From a virus, in the IMG/VR virus record IMGVR_UViG_3300049914_000251, positions 1-64,000 of that record: a stretch of 64,000 nucleotides of DNA. The stretch is one strand, 5' to 3'. Position numbers and translations under genes: made by a program. This document shows positions 19,502-29,039 of the stretch, in pieces. The notes below the pieces were generated by a model, which saw only the letters and a program-made list of their open reading frames with translations, did no database searches and was not told the DNA's origin. How positions within the stretch are numbered: position 1 is the stretch's first letter; the number at the start of each line of letters is the position of its first letter.

Positions 19502-20659
19502 TTACCTCCTCTTCCTTAAATACAAGATTAAAATGAAAACCGTCAAAACACCAAGCCACAGCCACACCAAACCCCACAGCCACCGATAATTTGAAGCTGC
19601 TTTTATGACCGGAGTTACTGTAGGCGAAGGTGTTATCGTTACCACAGGAGTCTGACTCGGTGTTATATTTCCACCCGGCGTCGGAGTCACTACAGGAGCC
19701 TCTGTTGGTATTATCGTTACCACAGGAGACTCTGTAGGCGTTATATTTCCACCATTAATCGGAGTCACTACTGGAGGCGGCACATAACCGCCACCACCAG
19801 ACACTGGCGTCGATATAGGAATAGTTTCATTTCCACCGGATGGACTCGGTGTTACCTCAGGAGTAACTTCTGGCGTCACCGTAGGAGTAACTTCTGGCGT
19901 CACCGTAGGAGTAACTTCTGGCGTCACCGTAGGAGTAACTTCTGGAATCGGACTCGGAGTTATCTCAGGAATCGGACTCGGAGTTATCTCAGGAATCGGA
20001 CTCGGAGTTATCTCAGGAATCGGACTCGGAGTAACTAATACCGATGTCGGACAAACGATCGTTCTGAAATTAGCGATGACCGTATAACCGGTAGACACCG
20101 TGAACTCAAACGGATTAAGATAATACGTACCGCCATTTATTGTCCAGCTTACGAACTCACAGCAACTACCAGGCACCGCCTTGATCTCTAATTGAGAACC
20201 TCTGTGTATAGGCCAGTAGAACGGAGTTTCTACCCCCATACCATATACTTCGACGGCACCACAACCACCAGATTTAAGAACAGTCAAATTAAAACAATCA
20301 GGACACCCCGGAGTAATAACTGGAGTAGACGTCGGTGTCGGCGTCGGTGTAGGTGTAGGTGTCGGTGTAGGTGTCGGTGTCGGAATAGGCGTAGGTGTCG
20401 GTGTCGGAGTAGGCGTACACGTCGGTGTCGGCGTCGGTGTAGGCGTAGGCGTAGACGTAGGCGTAGGCGTAGGCGTACGCGTAGGCGTACACGTCGGTGT
20501 AGGCGTACACGTCGGTGTAGGCGTCGGTGTCGGCGTAGGCGTACACGTCGGTGTCGGCGTCGGTGTCGGCGGCGGACACGCTGAAACTGGAGCTGCCGCG
20601 AACATCAACCCCATTGCTAAAACCAATACCATCACACACAGCAATATTTTATTCTTCAT
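19502..20659 (-). CDS. membrane-anchored surface protein with Pro/Thr repeats and a central InlB-B-repeat-like domain
   Basis: Signal peptide, (TP)n linker, LTV...LEIKAVP...EFVSW...TVIANF, PE(I/V)TP repeats, C-terminal TM helix + RKRR. Confidence 0.8.
   Translation of the reverse strand: MKNKILLCVMVLVLAMGLMFAAAPVSACPPPTPTPTPTCTPTPTPTPTPTCTPTPTCTPTRTPTPTPTSTPTPTPTPTPTCTPTPTPTPTPIPTPTPTPTPTPTPTPTPTSTPVITPGCPDCFNLTVLKSGGCGAVEVYGMGVETPFYWPIHRGSQLEIKAVPGSCCEFVSWTINGGTYYLNPFEFTVSTGYTVIANFRTIVCPTSVLVTPSPIPEITPSPIPEITPSPIPEITPSPIPEVTPTVTPEVTPTVTPEVTPTVTPEVTPEVTPSPSGGNETIPISTPVSGGGGYVPPPVVTPINGGNITPTESPVVTIIPTEAPVVTPTPGGNITPSQTPVVTITPSPTVTPVIKAASNYRWLWGLVWLWLGVLTVFILILYLRKRR
19860..20032. repeat. two adjacent 24-bp tandem repeat arrays (coding)
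   Basis: GGAGTAACTTCTGGCGTCACCGTA x3, then GGAATCGGACTCGGAGTTATCTCA x3, plus partial units. Confidence 0.9.
20327..20575. repeat. 6-bp-period low-complexity repeat encoding (Thr-Pro)n
   Basis: GTCGGT/GTAGGC/GTCGGC hexamers. Confidence 0.9.
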
Positions 20660-20896
20660 AATACCCCCTATCTATTTTCTACTTCCTTATTTTGGAGTAA
20701 ATACAGCCACTATCGGCTTCTTACCAGCTTTTATCTGAGCACTCACCTCAAAAAGCAACGAATTCATTGCCTCAGGTCCATTAACAAACCCGTCCCAGCT
20801 TACTGTATATTCTACCTCAACCGCACTCGCCAAACATACGTTATAATCCTTAACCCTTGAATAGTCCATGCTCCCTCCTTTAATCCTTTAATTTAT

Positions 20897-21385
20897 CTAT
20901 TCTATCTCCCCAAGAATATTTCCTGTCCTCAGTAACGATGCCATTGCGTTAGCATCACCTTTAGCCTGCAAGAACAACATATATCTGCGCTCTACCGCCT
21001 TATGGTACACATCAACCACATCAATAGCATTTTGAACTTCGTTCAGCTTTAACCGCATATCCACAGTCATAGTGCGCCTGACTGATGCCCGCTCTTCCCA
21101 GTTTATACCTTTGCCCAGCAACTCCGGAACTGTTTGTGCCACAGCCTCATCCTGCTTCTTCTCAATATTAAACTCCAGCGATCTCTTAGCAGCTACCATT
21201 TTAACCTTAATACGTGCAAATTCCAGAAGTATCTCTTCCAACCTAGCACAAATGCCCCTCACCTTTGGAATAAACTGATACAACTCCCGGGCACCTTCCT
21301 GACTCCATGTAGGATTCATACCTATCTCATACGACAGTGCTTCCTGCACAAGCTTATTAAAATGATCAATGTTAATACCTTCCAC
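20897..21385 (-). CDS. helical protein, possibly a UvsY-like recombination mediator
   Basis: All-helical, about 160 aa, near SSB/RecA; weak resemblance only. Confidence 0.4.
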   Translation of the reverse strand: MEGINIDHFNKLVQEALSYEIGMNPTWSQEGARELYQFIPKVRGICARLEEILLEFARIKVKMVAAKRSLEFNIEKKQDEAVAQTVPELLGKGINWEERASVRRTMTVDMRLKLNEVQNAIDVVDVYHKAVERRYMLFLQAKGDANAMASLLRTGNILGEIE

Positions 21386-21732
21386 TATGCCTTCCTCACC
21401 AGATGCAACTCAGTCACCCCAACGACCCTTTTCCCTCTCAGCACTGTGCACCTGCGAGCATTTGGTTCACCCTCAAACTTTGCCTCTGTCATCCTTATAC
21501 GATAAACTATTACGCACAGGGAACATAAGCGTCTGGTAAACTTATTCTCGCCCATCAAGGATACCAACGCCATGCACCACACCGGCATGGCCTTCCTCGA
21601 AAGCTCTTCCTGCTCCATAAGATACTTACGTATGCTTTTCGTGGCCTCTTCCTGAATAAAAGTTACCGCCTGCTCCCACGTAGCCATAGCGCCATCACTA
21701 GGAGTAACTGCTGATTTCAAAGCCTCTTCCAC
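21385..21732 (-). CDS. hypothetical protein
   Basis: ORF coupled in operon. Confidence 0.5.
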   Translation of the reverse strand: MEEALKSAVTPSDGAMATWEQAVTFIQEEATKSIRKYLMEQEELSRKAMPVWCMALVSLMGENKFTRRLCSLCVIVYRIRMTEAKFEGEPNARRCTVLRGKRVVGVTELHLVRKA

Positions 21733-21742
21733 TTTCGCTCCT

Positions 21743-22030
21743 CTAGTCTATCTTGGGCTTAATATCGGAAGATACTTTAGCCCTCCCATGTACAAAAACC
21801 TGCGTAACTAACGCAGCTTTGTTCTTAGCCTGTTCTATTGTCAACGCCTCATGAACCAAACCGAAAGCTATGCACTTCTTACTCCCAATAGCAATAGCCT
21901 TATCTATACGGTCCTGTAAAGTGATTAGCTCCGGATAATTTTCCAGATCCTCATCATTCAACTTTATTTCTAACCCGTGCATCTCATAAGGCATCTCACC
22001 ACGAAATTTAGCTGTTACCATCACTTCCAT
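21743..22030 (-). CDS. hypothetical protein
   Basis: ORF coupled in operon. Confidence 0.55.
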   Translation of the reverse strand: MEVMVTAKFRGEMPYEMHGLEIKLNDEDLENYPELITLQDRIDKAIAIGSKKCIAFGLVHEALTIEQAKNKAALVTQVFVHGRAKVSSDIKPKID

Positions 22031-22032
22031 TT

Positions 22033-22257
22033 TTAACCCTCTTTTCTAACTTTTTGATGAAACCCATAACCACAAGATTTGCACGTCCGCTCCAGATATT
22101 CATCTGAAACGTAACAGTTGTCGCCACAATGCTGTGTATAGCAATAAAGCTTAGAGTAAACCTCAAACCCGTCACCCATCAAAGAGCCAAACCCACATTT
22201 GGGACATGGCTTATCCAACAGTGTAAACTCGACCAGCTCAACCCCATAAATTTTCAT
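22033..22257 (-). CDS. small zinc-finger protein
   Basis: CPKC...CKSCG. Confidence 0.55.
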   Translation of the reverse strand: MKIYGVELVEFTLLDKPCPKCGFGSLMGDGFEVYSKLYCYTQHCGDNCYVSDEYLERTCKSCGYGFHQKVRKEG

Positions 22258-22259
22258 AT

Positions 22260-22586
22260 TTACCTCCTTTTATGTTCAGGATTTAACCCTATTCTGTGTA
22301 ATAAAATAGCCAGAGGCCATCCTACCGGAATTACAAAAAACGTGACTGCCATAAGAGATAAATTCTCCGTCCTCCGAAGAACCTGCTTCTTAACTGTTCT
22401 GGTTAATCTTATCCTCAACCTGCAATACGGAGCTTTAAAATTCATGAACCAGTTGCCGTGTTCGGCGTCGTAATCATCAAACGTCCGCTTCATGCCACTT
22501 ACCTTTGACCAAGGCTCATGACAATGAACGCACGTCATCTCCGGATACTGTAACTTATGCCCCATCAATTTACAAATTATCTTCAT
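22260..22586 (-). CDS. hypothetical membrane protein
   Basis: CKLMGH..CVHC motif and C-terminal hydrophobic segment. Confidence 0.5.
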   Translation of the reverse strand: MKIICKLMGHKLQYPEMTCVHCHEPWSKVSGMKRTFDDYDAEHGNWFMNFKAPYCRLRIRLTRTVKKQVLRRTENLSLMAVTFFVIPVGWPLAILLHRIGLNPEHKRR

Positions 22587-22741
22587 TTTCTAACCCTCAG
22601 CATCTTACCATGATCCAGCAACACCACGCCGTCAAACAAAAACCACATGCTATACTTTAAATCCAAAACCAATTCTTGATTCCCGCAAACTGATATATCC
22701 TTATCAAATCTCCAGAAACCAAAGCCGCTCATCAGTGCCAT
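22583..22741 (-). CDS. small hypothetical protein (52 aa, not in ORF track)
   Basis: MALMSGFG...VRK*, coupled at both ends. Confidence 0.45.
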   Translation of the reverse strand: MALMSGFGFWRFDKDISVCGNQELVLDLKYSMWFLFDGVVLLDHGKMLRVRK

Positions 22742-22857
22742 CAATCCTTATTACCTCTCCTGTTGTAAGGGTCATCTTCTGGAAAGACATAAGGCAGTGC
22801 GAAGCAAAATAGCAGTGCTACAATCACTACTACAAGAATGACCGTATTCAAGCTCAT
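22741..22857 (-). CDS. small single-pass membrane protein (38 aa, not in ORF track)
   Basis: MSLNTVILVVVIVALLFCFALP...; ATGA overlap with polA stop. Confidence 0.5.
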   Translation of the reverse strand: MSLNTVILVVVIVALLFCFALPYVFPEDDPYNRRGNKD

Positions 22858-25451
22858 GCTAACAAGCTCTCTACTTTCACGCTCTTCCTATCTAGGAATA
22901 CCTCGCACTTCACTACCGCCTTAAAATCCATAACATCATTCTCAGTTAATGACGTTGGATACTTATCCAGCCGCTTCTGAAAATTACTTCCCTCTATTAG
23001 TATTATATTACTTCCCTTGTACTTTGTCAACAACTTCACTAGTTCCTGCGCCTGAGAATTGGTAATACCGTCCTGTAGTTTAAGCACTATCTCTTTAGAA
23101 GGACCTGCTGGCGCGACATTAGCTGGAACAGCCTCTAATACCTCTGTAGTCTTGACAGGCTCTTGCTTTTCCTCAACTACTACCTTTTCCACCACCTTCT
23201 CTTTGACCCTGTCTGTTCCACTCAGACCCATAATAACCTTCCATTGCTCCGCCCCGAAAACTTCTTTCATCTTTCCCCAATTATCACCCTTCTTAATCGT
23301 AATCGTGATCTTGGGAAAGTCCTTAATAGGAAATACCATTGCATCGATAACAGCGTTAATAACCTCTTGATCCGGAACATCCTCCCTTGCCATAAATAGC
23401 AGTGAGTCATGATTGGTATGTATCATTATCACCTTTTGCGACAGCCCAATCACCGTATTCAACTGCACCTGGCATTTCTCAAAAAACCTTTTAATCAATA
23501 TCCTGGCAGCTCGTACCATAGCTATCTTTAATATATCACCACCGGTCCCCTGGATTATCCTGTTCACCGAGGCCCTTTCAGCCTTAGCCTGCGCCTGCCT
23601 GCCTTCCATGAAAAACTCAGGCACCACTTGGATCCTGCCGAAATACGTCACTACTTTCTTAGAAATCCTGGCTCTATCTCTCACACGCTCTATGTACAAA
23701 GCCACAGCAGGACGCACCTCAAAATACTTTGCCAGAAGCTGTCTCGCAGCTTCTCTGGTCTTACCTTGTCTCTGAGCCAGTCCAACTTCAGTTAGTCCAT
23801 ACGGAATAGCATGATTCAAAGGCTTACCAATATTCTGCCTCTGTTCCTTCGTAACCTGTGACACTGGAATTCCCAGCACATCCGCAGCCACCATAGAATG
23901 AATATCATCCATGCGCTCGAACTGCGCCAGCAACGTAGGCTCCGGTGCTAAAGCAGCCAATATTTTTGACTCTATCTGGTCGTAATCAGCCTCCCACAAC
24001 TTCCATCCCTTAAAAGGTATAATAGAACACCTGGGCACAGTATCAACCTCATAGGCTACTTCACCGCTCCTGAGAATTACCCACCTCCTACCCTTCCACT
24101 CAGACCGCCTCTCAAACTTACCGTCAGGCCCGAACACCTCACCCAGCTTCTTATTCCCCAACTCTGGCAGCAGCTTCCTCAGGTCCTCACCCGGCTTATA
24201 CTCGATGCCAAACTCCTTCAGCATAGCCTGCTTGAACTCTGCATTGGTAGGATATCCGGCATAAGCCGACATGATAATAACATGCCACTCTTTAGATCTG
24301 GCAATATTCTGACAATTTGGTCCTGAAGATGTGAACCTGCCTGATGAAGCTCCTATTGTCCCGAACAAAGTATGTATCATATCGTTTTCGTCGGCATGCT
24401 TCAAATATCCCTTCTCCGGACTGTAGAATTCCTCAGCGCTTTTACAAAGCTCCCTATATGTCAATACCAAATGCACTATGGGCCAGTCATCCTGTATCTT
24501 CTCCAGGAACTGAGCATTAGTTGATGGATTTCCGGTCTTCTCAGACTTCTTAGTTATAGGCACTCCCAGCTTATCAAATAATATGTCACACAGCTGCTTC
24601 ACAGAATCGATGTTAAAATCTACTCTGTAGCCCAATCGCTCCGAACAGTAATCCATAATCTGCTGCCTGACCTCAACTGCCTCCTTAGACAACCTCTCAG
24701 ACTCAGCCCTCATATACTCCCGATCGAACAACAATCCCAGCATCTCCATGTCCACTACGTTAGGAATAAGTTCCATCTCTACCTTATACAGGAACTCGCC
24801 CGTAATCCTATGCCTCATCATATTGTGCAGCCTTAAAGAAAAATCGGCATCCGCCGATGAATACTCAGCCGCTGCCTCTACTCCAACGGTAGCAAACTTT
24901 ATATCCTTTTTCTTGGCTGTAGGAAACAGGTCAACTATCTTTTTCATCTTATAACTGAAATACTTCTCCACCAGATCCTTCAGTGCCAACTGCTCAGAAT
25001 TTCCTGCAGAACTCATGTCGCCCAGGTCAGCCGCTGCCCGCCTAAAGGCAATCAGTCCCTCACCAGCCAGATGAGTTTCTATCATGCTATCCCACGCGGG
25101 CTTAAAATCAATCCCCTCGTTCTTACATACCGTCAAATCATACTTGATATTATGCCCGCCCACCTGCTTGGCCGGGTTCTCCAATATAGGTTTGATGGCC
25201 TCGAGCACCACCTTAACCGGTAACTGAACTCCGTAATCGTGCCTTATAGGCACGTAATACCCCTCGCCCTCAGCAACGGCGAAGCTCACGCCGACTATTG
25301 GCTCACACGGCTTTAAAAGCATGTTGGGCTTATACAAGTCTTTGGTCTCTGTATCAAACGATATGACCGTAGCCTTATTCAGCTTATCCAACAGCTCGTT
25401 AAACTGTTCCGGAGTGTTTACCAGATGCCATCTTGTCGGACTTCTTAACAC
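22854..25451 (-). CDS. polA: family A DNA polymerase (3'-5' exonuclease + polymerase, no 5'-3' exonuclease)
   Basis: FDTET, HNIKYD, YSSADA; SGRFTSSGPNCQNI; motif A DYDQIE; motif B KPLNHAIPYG; motif C HDS. Confidence 0.95.
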   Translation of the reverse strand: MLRSPTRWHLVNTPEQFNELLDKLNKATVISFDTETKDLYKPNMLLKPCEPIVGVSFAVAEGEGYYVPIRHDYGVQLPVKVVLEAIKPILENPAKQVGGHNIKYDLTVCKNEGIDFKPAWDSMIETHLAGEGLIAFRRAAADLGDMSSAGNSEQLALKDLVEKYFSYKMKKIVDLFPTAKKKDIKFATVGVEAAAEYSSADADFSLRLHNMMRHRITGEFLYKVEMELIPNVVDMEMLGLLFDREYMRAESERLSKEAVEVRQQIMDYCSERLGYRVDFNIDSVKQLCDILFDKLGVPITKKSEKTGNPSTNAQFLEKIQDDWPIVHLVLTYRELCKSAEEFYSPEKGYLKHADENDMIHTLFGTIGASSGRFTSSGPNCQNIARSKEWHVIIMSAYAGYPTNAEFKQAMLKEFGIEYKPGEDLRKLLPELGNKKLGEVFGPDGKFERRSEWKGRRWVILRSGEVAYEVDTVPRCSIIPFKGWKLWEADYDQIESKILAALAPEPTLLAQFERMDDIHSMVAADVLGIPVSQVTKEQRQNIGKPLNHAIPYGLTEVGLAQRQGKTREAARQLLAKYFEVRPAVALYIERVRDRARISKKVVTYFGRIQVVPEFFMEGRQAQAKAERASVNRIIQGTGGDILKIAMVRAARILIKRFFEKCQVQLNTVIGLSQKVIMIHTNHDSLLFMAREDVPDQEVINAVIDAMVFPIKDFPKITITIKKGDNWGKMKEVFGAEQWKVIMGLSGTDRVKEKVVEKVVVEEKQEPVKTTEVLEAVPANVAPAGPSKEIVLKLQDGITNSQAQELVKLLTKYKGSNIILIEGSNFQKRLDKYPTSLTENDVMDFKAVVKCEVFLDRKSVKVESLLA

Positions 25452-25479
25452 TAACTACCTCTGCTTCCACAAAACAAGA

Positions 25480-25701
25480 TTACAACAAACCTGCACTCTT
25501 TAACCTGGCTTCTGCAATACTCAGCCACGTCTTAGACTCTTTAGGAGACTTCCAATGCCCGCACTGAACGCACCGCTTGCCCAGCTCCCGATGATCCATC
25601 CACGCATGCCTGCCCACCAAACATAATACCGCCATCCGCAACACACGAAAATCGAAACGCACATAAAAAGTGAACCAGTCCTTGTCCATGAACCATTTCA
25701 T
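25480..25701 (-). CDS. hypothetical protein
   Basis: CLVGRH..CVQC motif. Confidence 0.5.
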   Translation of the reverse strand: MKWFMDKDWFTFYVRFDFRVLRMAVLCLVGRHAWMDHRELGKRCVQCGHWKSPKESKTWLSIAEARLKSAGLL

Positions 25702-26252
25702 TATCTTGCCTCGTTCAACCCCAGTTTGGACACACGTGACCTAATAGCCCCAACGCTTCGGCCGTGCTTCTTAGCCAACTCAGCACAATTCTGACTAGCT
25801 AAAAAGAACTCCCCCTCCAACTGCTTATCCTCTTCTTCGGTCCATTTCCGCCCTTCCCGGGCTGGTCCTATGTTAGCCATAGCAGTAGGCTCATTCTTTC
25901 CTATGTTAGCAGTAGGCTCAGGTTCTGCACAGATCACCTTCTCCTTATTTACCACACCCGCTCCGATTATCCTCATCACATCGTAAAACATAGCGTCCTG
26001 CCCGGAATGATAACCTGCAGCATGACCCTGCTTAAAGCCCTCATGCAGGCCATCGACATATGCTCGCATAATAGCGGAATCTCCTTTATTTATACCAAGA
26101 GGATACGTGACAATCATATAAACTTTTCGCAGCCATGCCACTAATATGTTCAGCGGTATAGGATAACACACCGCCGCGTAAAAATTGAGGTCCCAGTAAC
26201 TGAAACCATACCCGAACGGAATCCCCTCTGCTTCACCCACTCTTTTCTTCAT
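25701..26252 (-). CDS. protein with C-terminal Myb/SANT-like HTH
   Basis: KWTEEEDKQL...LAKKHGRSVGAIRSR. Confidence 0.65.
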   Translation of the reverse strand: MKKRVGEAEGIPFGYGFSYWDLNFYAAVCYPIPLNILVAWLRKVYMIVTYPLGINKGDSAIMRAYVDGLHEGFKQGHAAGYHSGQDAMFYDVMRIIGAGVVNKEKVICAEPEPTANIGKNEPTAMANIGPAREGRKWTEEEDKQLEGEFFLASQNCAELAKKHGRSVGAIRSRVSKLGLNEAR

Positions 26253-26634
26253 CGCCTTTAACCTCCTCGCTATTTAAACTCTTCCAGCACTCAGGACATT
26301 CTCTCTTCGTAAGAACGCCTCCACCTTTGCTATGTTCAAAACAAGATGCTATTCCCCAGAGATATAGCTGTTTCTTATCATTAGCTAATTGAGCCTCTGC
26401 AACTTTCTCCATAGCATCTTGTATTACTCCACAGGTCCTGGGAAATTTAAAACGAACTCCATCATTCGTACCAAATACCGCCAGGGCAACTCCCTTGACT
26501 ATTTCTTCATCCACAAAAAGGATGACCTCTTTTGTTACCTTTACTGTATTCACTTGTTCCCCTTCCCGACCCCGCCCAACGTAGTTTATACCTTGCCTTA
26601 TATATAAGGGATACCCGTACATTCCTGCATCCAC
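26233..26634 (-). CDS. hypothetical protein
   Basis: ORF in operon; true start probably internal. Confidence 0.45.
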   Translation of the reverse strand: MDAGMYGYPLYIRQGINYVGRGREGEQVNTVKVTKEVILFVDEEIVKGVALAVFGTNDGVRFKFPRTCGVIQDAMEKVAEAQLANDKKQLYLWGIASCFEHSKGGGVLTKRECPECWKSLNSEEVKGDEEKSG

Positions 26635-27227
26635 CGCTCGGCCCTGTTCTGTAACTTCATCTTAAATGACTGCAACCGCTCCCCTGCTTTAATATCGGTA
26701 GCCCTTACAATATCGTCGGGATCCCCTGCAGCTAATCCTATGGTTAATACGTTGAACTGCAGCCTCAGTTCCGGATCTAACAGAAGTTCCTGAGTCTTAG
26801 CAGAACCTTCCCGACCGCCGTCATCACCATCGAACAGCAAAAGCAACTTATCAGTCCACCGCCTCAACAGCAGGCCCTGCCACCGCGTAAGATTATTAGA
26901 CATCGCTCCGATCGTATTAGTAAACCCGACATAATGCATCGCTATCACATCCAACGGTCCCTCAACCACGATAGCATATCCCCGCTGAAGAATAGGCACT
27001 AATGCCCTATCAAGACCGAACACATTAAATGCGGTAGGAGCATCACTAGGATAATCCCACCTCATACCACCATCCGAGAAAAGTTTCTTGATCGTAAAAA
27101 TATACTTACCGGTAAAATCCAACACAGGTATCTGTATCGAATCTTCAGAGGTAAGTATATGCCAGTCTGAGATTTCCTCTTCTGTAATATGTCTTTTATC
27201 GAGAAGATAAACTAATCCTTTATCCAT
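26598..27227 (-). CDS. dnaG: DnaG-type primase catalytic core (TOPRIM), no zinc-binding domain
   Basis: VVEGPLDVIAM, LFDGDDGG, DPDD. Confidence 0.9.
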   Translation of the reverse strand: MDKGLVYLLDKRHITEEEISDWHILTSEDSIQIPVLDFTGKYIFTIKKLFSDGGMRWDYPSDAPTAFNVFGLDRALVPILQRGYAIVVEGPLDVIAMHYVGFTNTIGAMSNNLTRWQGLLLRRWTDKLLLLFDGDDGGREGSAKTQELLLDPELRLQFNVLTIGLAAGDPDDIVRATDIKAGERLQSFKMKLQNRAERWMQECTGIPYI

Positions 27228-27231
27228 CTCT

Positions 27232-27621
27232 TTACCACGGCGCAGGAATACCCGCTAATGCTAATTTTATCTCATACCACCAAGTACTGAGCCTTTCCCT
27301 GATACGCTTAAAAGATATAATAGACGTAAACTCAAATAAATTCACCCACGGATCTCTCTTAACCTCGCACTTACTCACTACCTTTTCCAGCAGAGCATCG
27401 GCTGTTTGAGAATAACACTTCTTCCAATGCCTCTGAAAATTAGCCGCTCCGCTTACCCACCGGCCGCTTTTCTTACTGTAATAATAAGAAGGTAAATAGC
27501 CACCGCACGATCCACACCGGAATACTCCTTTATACTTTTCCGGAGCGTCTTCCGGTAAAATTTCTGGTAAATAACCAATAGCCTTCATTTTGACAAACCC
27601 CCTCTTTTTCTTTAATAGCAA
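27232..27621 (-). CDS. hypothetical zinc-binding protein
   Basis: CGSC...HWKKC. Confidence 0.5.
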   Translation of the reverse strand: MLLKKKRGFVKMKAIGYLPEILPEDAPEKYKGVFRCGSCGGYLPSYYYSKKSGRWVSGAANFQRHWKKCYSQTADALLEKVVSKCEVKRDPWVNLFEFTSIISFKRIRERLSTWWYEIKLALAGIPAPW

Positions 27622-27734
27622 CTACCCTCATCGCACATACAAAACCGTACGGACTTCCTTCTATCATTATAGCATTAACCCGGTTGACCCTGTGTCCGCA
27701 CTTGGAGCATTTAACCACGCTCCAATCCAATGCC

Positions 27735-29039
27735 TTATTTATTATTGTTCTCATTTTTCATAGTGTCAGCCCAAACATCTGGCAGCGCATCCTGAAACTG
27801 AAGCTTAGGTTTACTGTCAGCCTCAGCCAGATAAATAGGCCCTCCACCCAACGGACCATTCTTGCTGTGGAAATACAGCAAATTCTGAGATGGTGCGCTG
27901 GTAGTCTGCATTGCTCCCATTGCAAACTCATCTCCACCCTTAACCGAACCATTGATAAATATTGGTCCCGTAGCCATAGGGATCTCTGCCTTCCGATGAA
28001 AGTGATACAACAATGCTACATCGAAATAATCCCCCTGCGCTTGCAACATCTCCCGGAGCCTCATTAATGCTCTCTCTATACCGTAATATGGCAAACCCAT
28101 CCAGCTCCTTACCCAGTCACCATGCAGCATAATGATCCTGGTCTTCTCCGCATTGAACAGCATGAACGGAGCCTTAGGAACATCGAACCTCACGTTAAGC
28201 AGATCCTTGCAAAACACCGCCTGCCACTGATAGCAAAGATAATCCCAGTTATAATACCTCTCTTTAAACGCTGGCTTTTTCGACAGCCTGGGATGATTAC
28301 CAACTATACAAGGAACATAAATGTTTTCAAAATGCGGGGACAAGAACCCTATCCCCTGTGCCATAATATACGCTACCCGGGCAGCCAACATCATCATATT
28401 AGACACGTTAGTCCTGACCAACTCCTCATGAATATCGCCGCTCAACATATCACCGCCCTGTGCGATAATAAGATTTGGAATATTCAGAGAAGAACGCCGC
28501 AGCTCCACCAGCTCCAACGTTTTCCGGAACATCATACCTAAGCGCCTGTTCATAATGGTCATATCATAAGCGTTAATGCCCATAGTCTCCTCATACTTTA
28601 CAACCTCTCCACCATGAAGATCGGAGACCTGAACCACATCTGTCTCAGTACCCTTATCCTGCGGTATCACCCTTTCGTACCTGGGAGCTGTCTTCACCAC
28701 CACCGCAGGAATAATATGAGCCACTTCCTGAATAGCATCCGAAAACAATTCATGCTTCGCCAGCTCATCAGCTGCTTGCCGGTACAACCCCTTAAAATAC
28801 TTCAGTTCCGCAGTTAACTTCTGAGCCTTCACATCCTCTTTAACCGTACCTTTAAGTCCAGAACCATGCTGAGGTCTCGAATATCCCAGCCTGCGCATGC
28901 TAGTCATAAAGGACTCCGCATTACTGAACCCCAAAGACTTTGCAAACACTGTCAGCTCCTCATAAGAAAAAAAGTTGATAGCATCTATGCACTTTTGAAA
29001 TTCTGGAGTGTCCTTCTCAGGCATTTTCCGTTCGAACAT
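27735..29039 (-). CDS. calcineurin-like metallophosphoesterase with N-terminal HTH/coiled coil
   Basis: SDLH, GDMLSG, GNH, HGD, HFH motifs. Confidence 0.85.
   Translation of the reverse strand: MFERKMPEKDTPEFQKCIDAINFFSYEELTVFAKSLGFSNAESFMTSMRRLGYSRPQHGSGLKGTVKEDVKAQKLTAELKYFKGLYRQAADELAKHELFSDAIQEVAHIIPAVVVKTAPRYERVIPQDKGTETDVVQVSDLHGGEVVKYEETMGINAYDMTIMNRRLGMMFRKTLELVELRRSSLNIPNLIIAQGGDMLSGDIHEELVRTNVSNMMMLAARVAYIMAQGIGFLSPHFENIYVPCIVGNHPRLSKKPAFKERYYNWDYLCYQWQAVFCKDLLNVRFDVPKAPFMLFNAEKTRIIMLHGDWVRSWMGLPYYGIERALMRLREMLQAQGDYFDVALLYHFHRKAEIPMATGPIFINGSVKGGDEFAMGAMQTTSAPSQNLLYFHSKNGPLGGGPIYLAEADSKPKLQFQDALPDVWADTMKNENNNK

Noticed and set aside
19860-20575. Repeats as a CRISPR array or DGR; alternative-frame ORFs 20298..20639 and 20192..20584
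   Set aside because: The repeats are contiguous, in frame and lack spacers; there is no reverse transcriptase; the other frames are by-products of the (TP)n repeat
24040-24290. PolA insertion as a mini-intein or intron
   Set aside because: No N-terminal Cys/Ser with terminal His-Asn, too short, and the frame is uninterrupted
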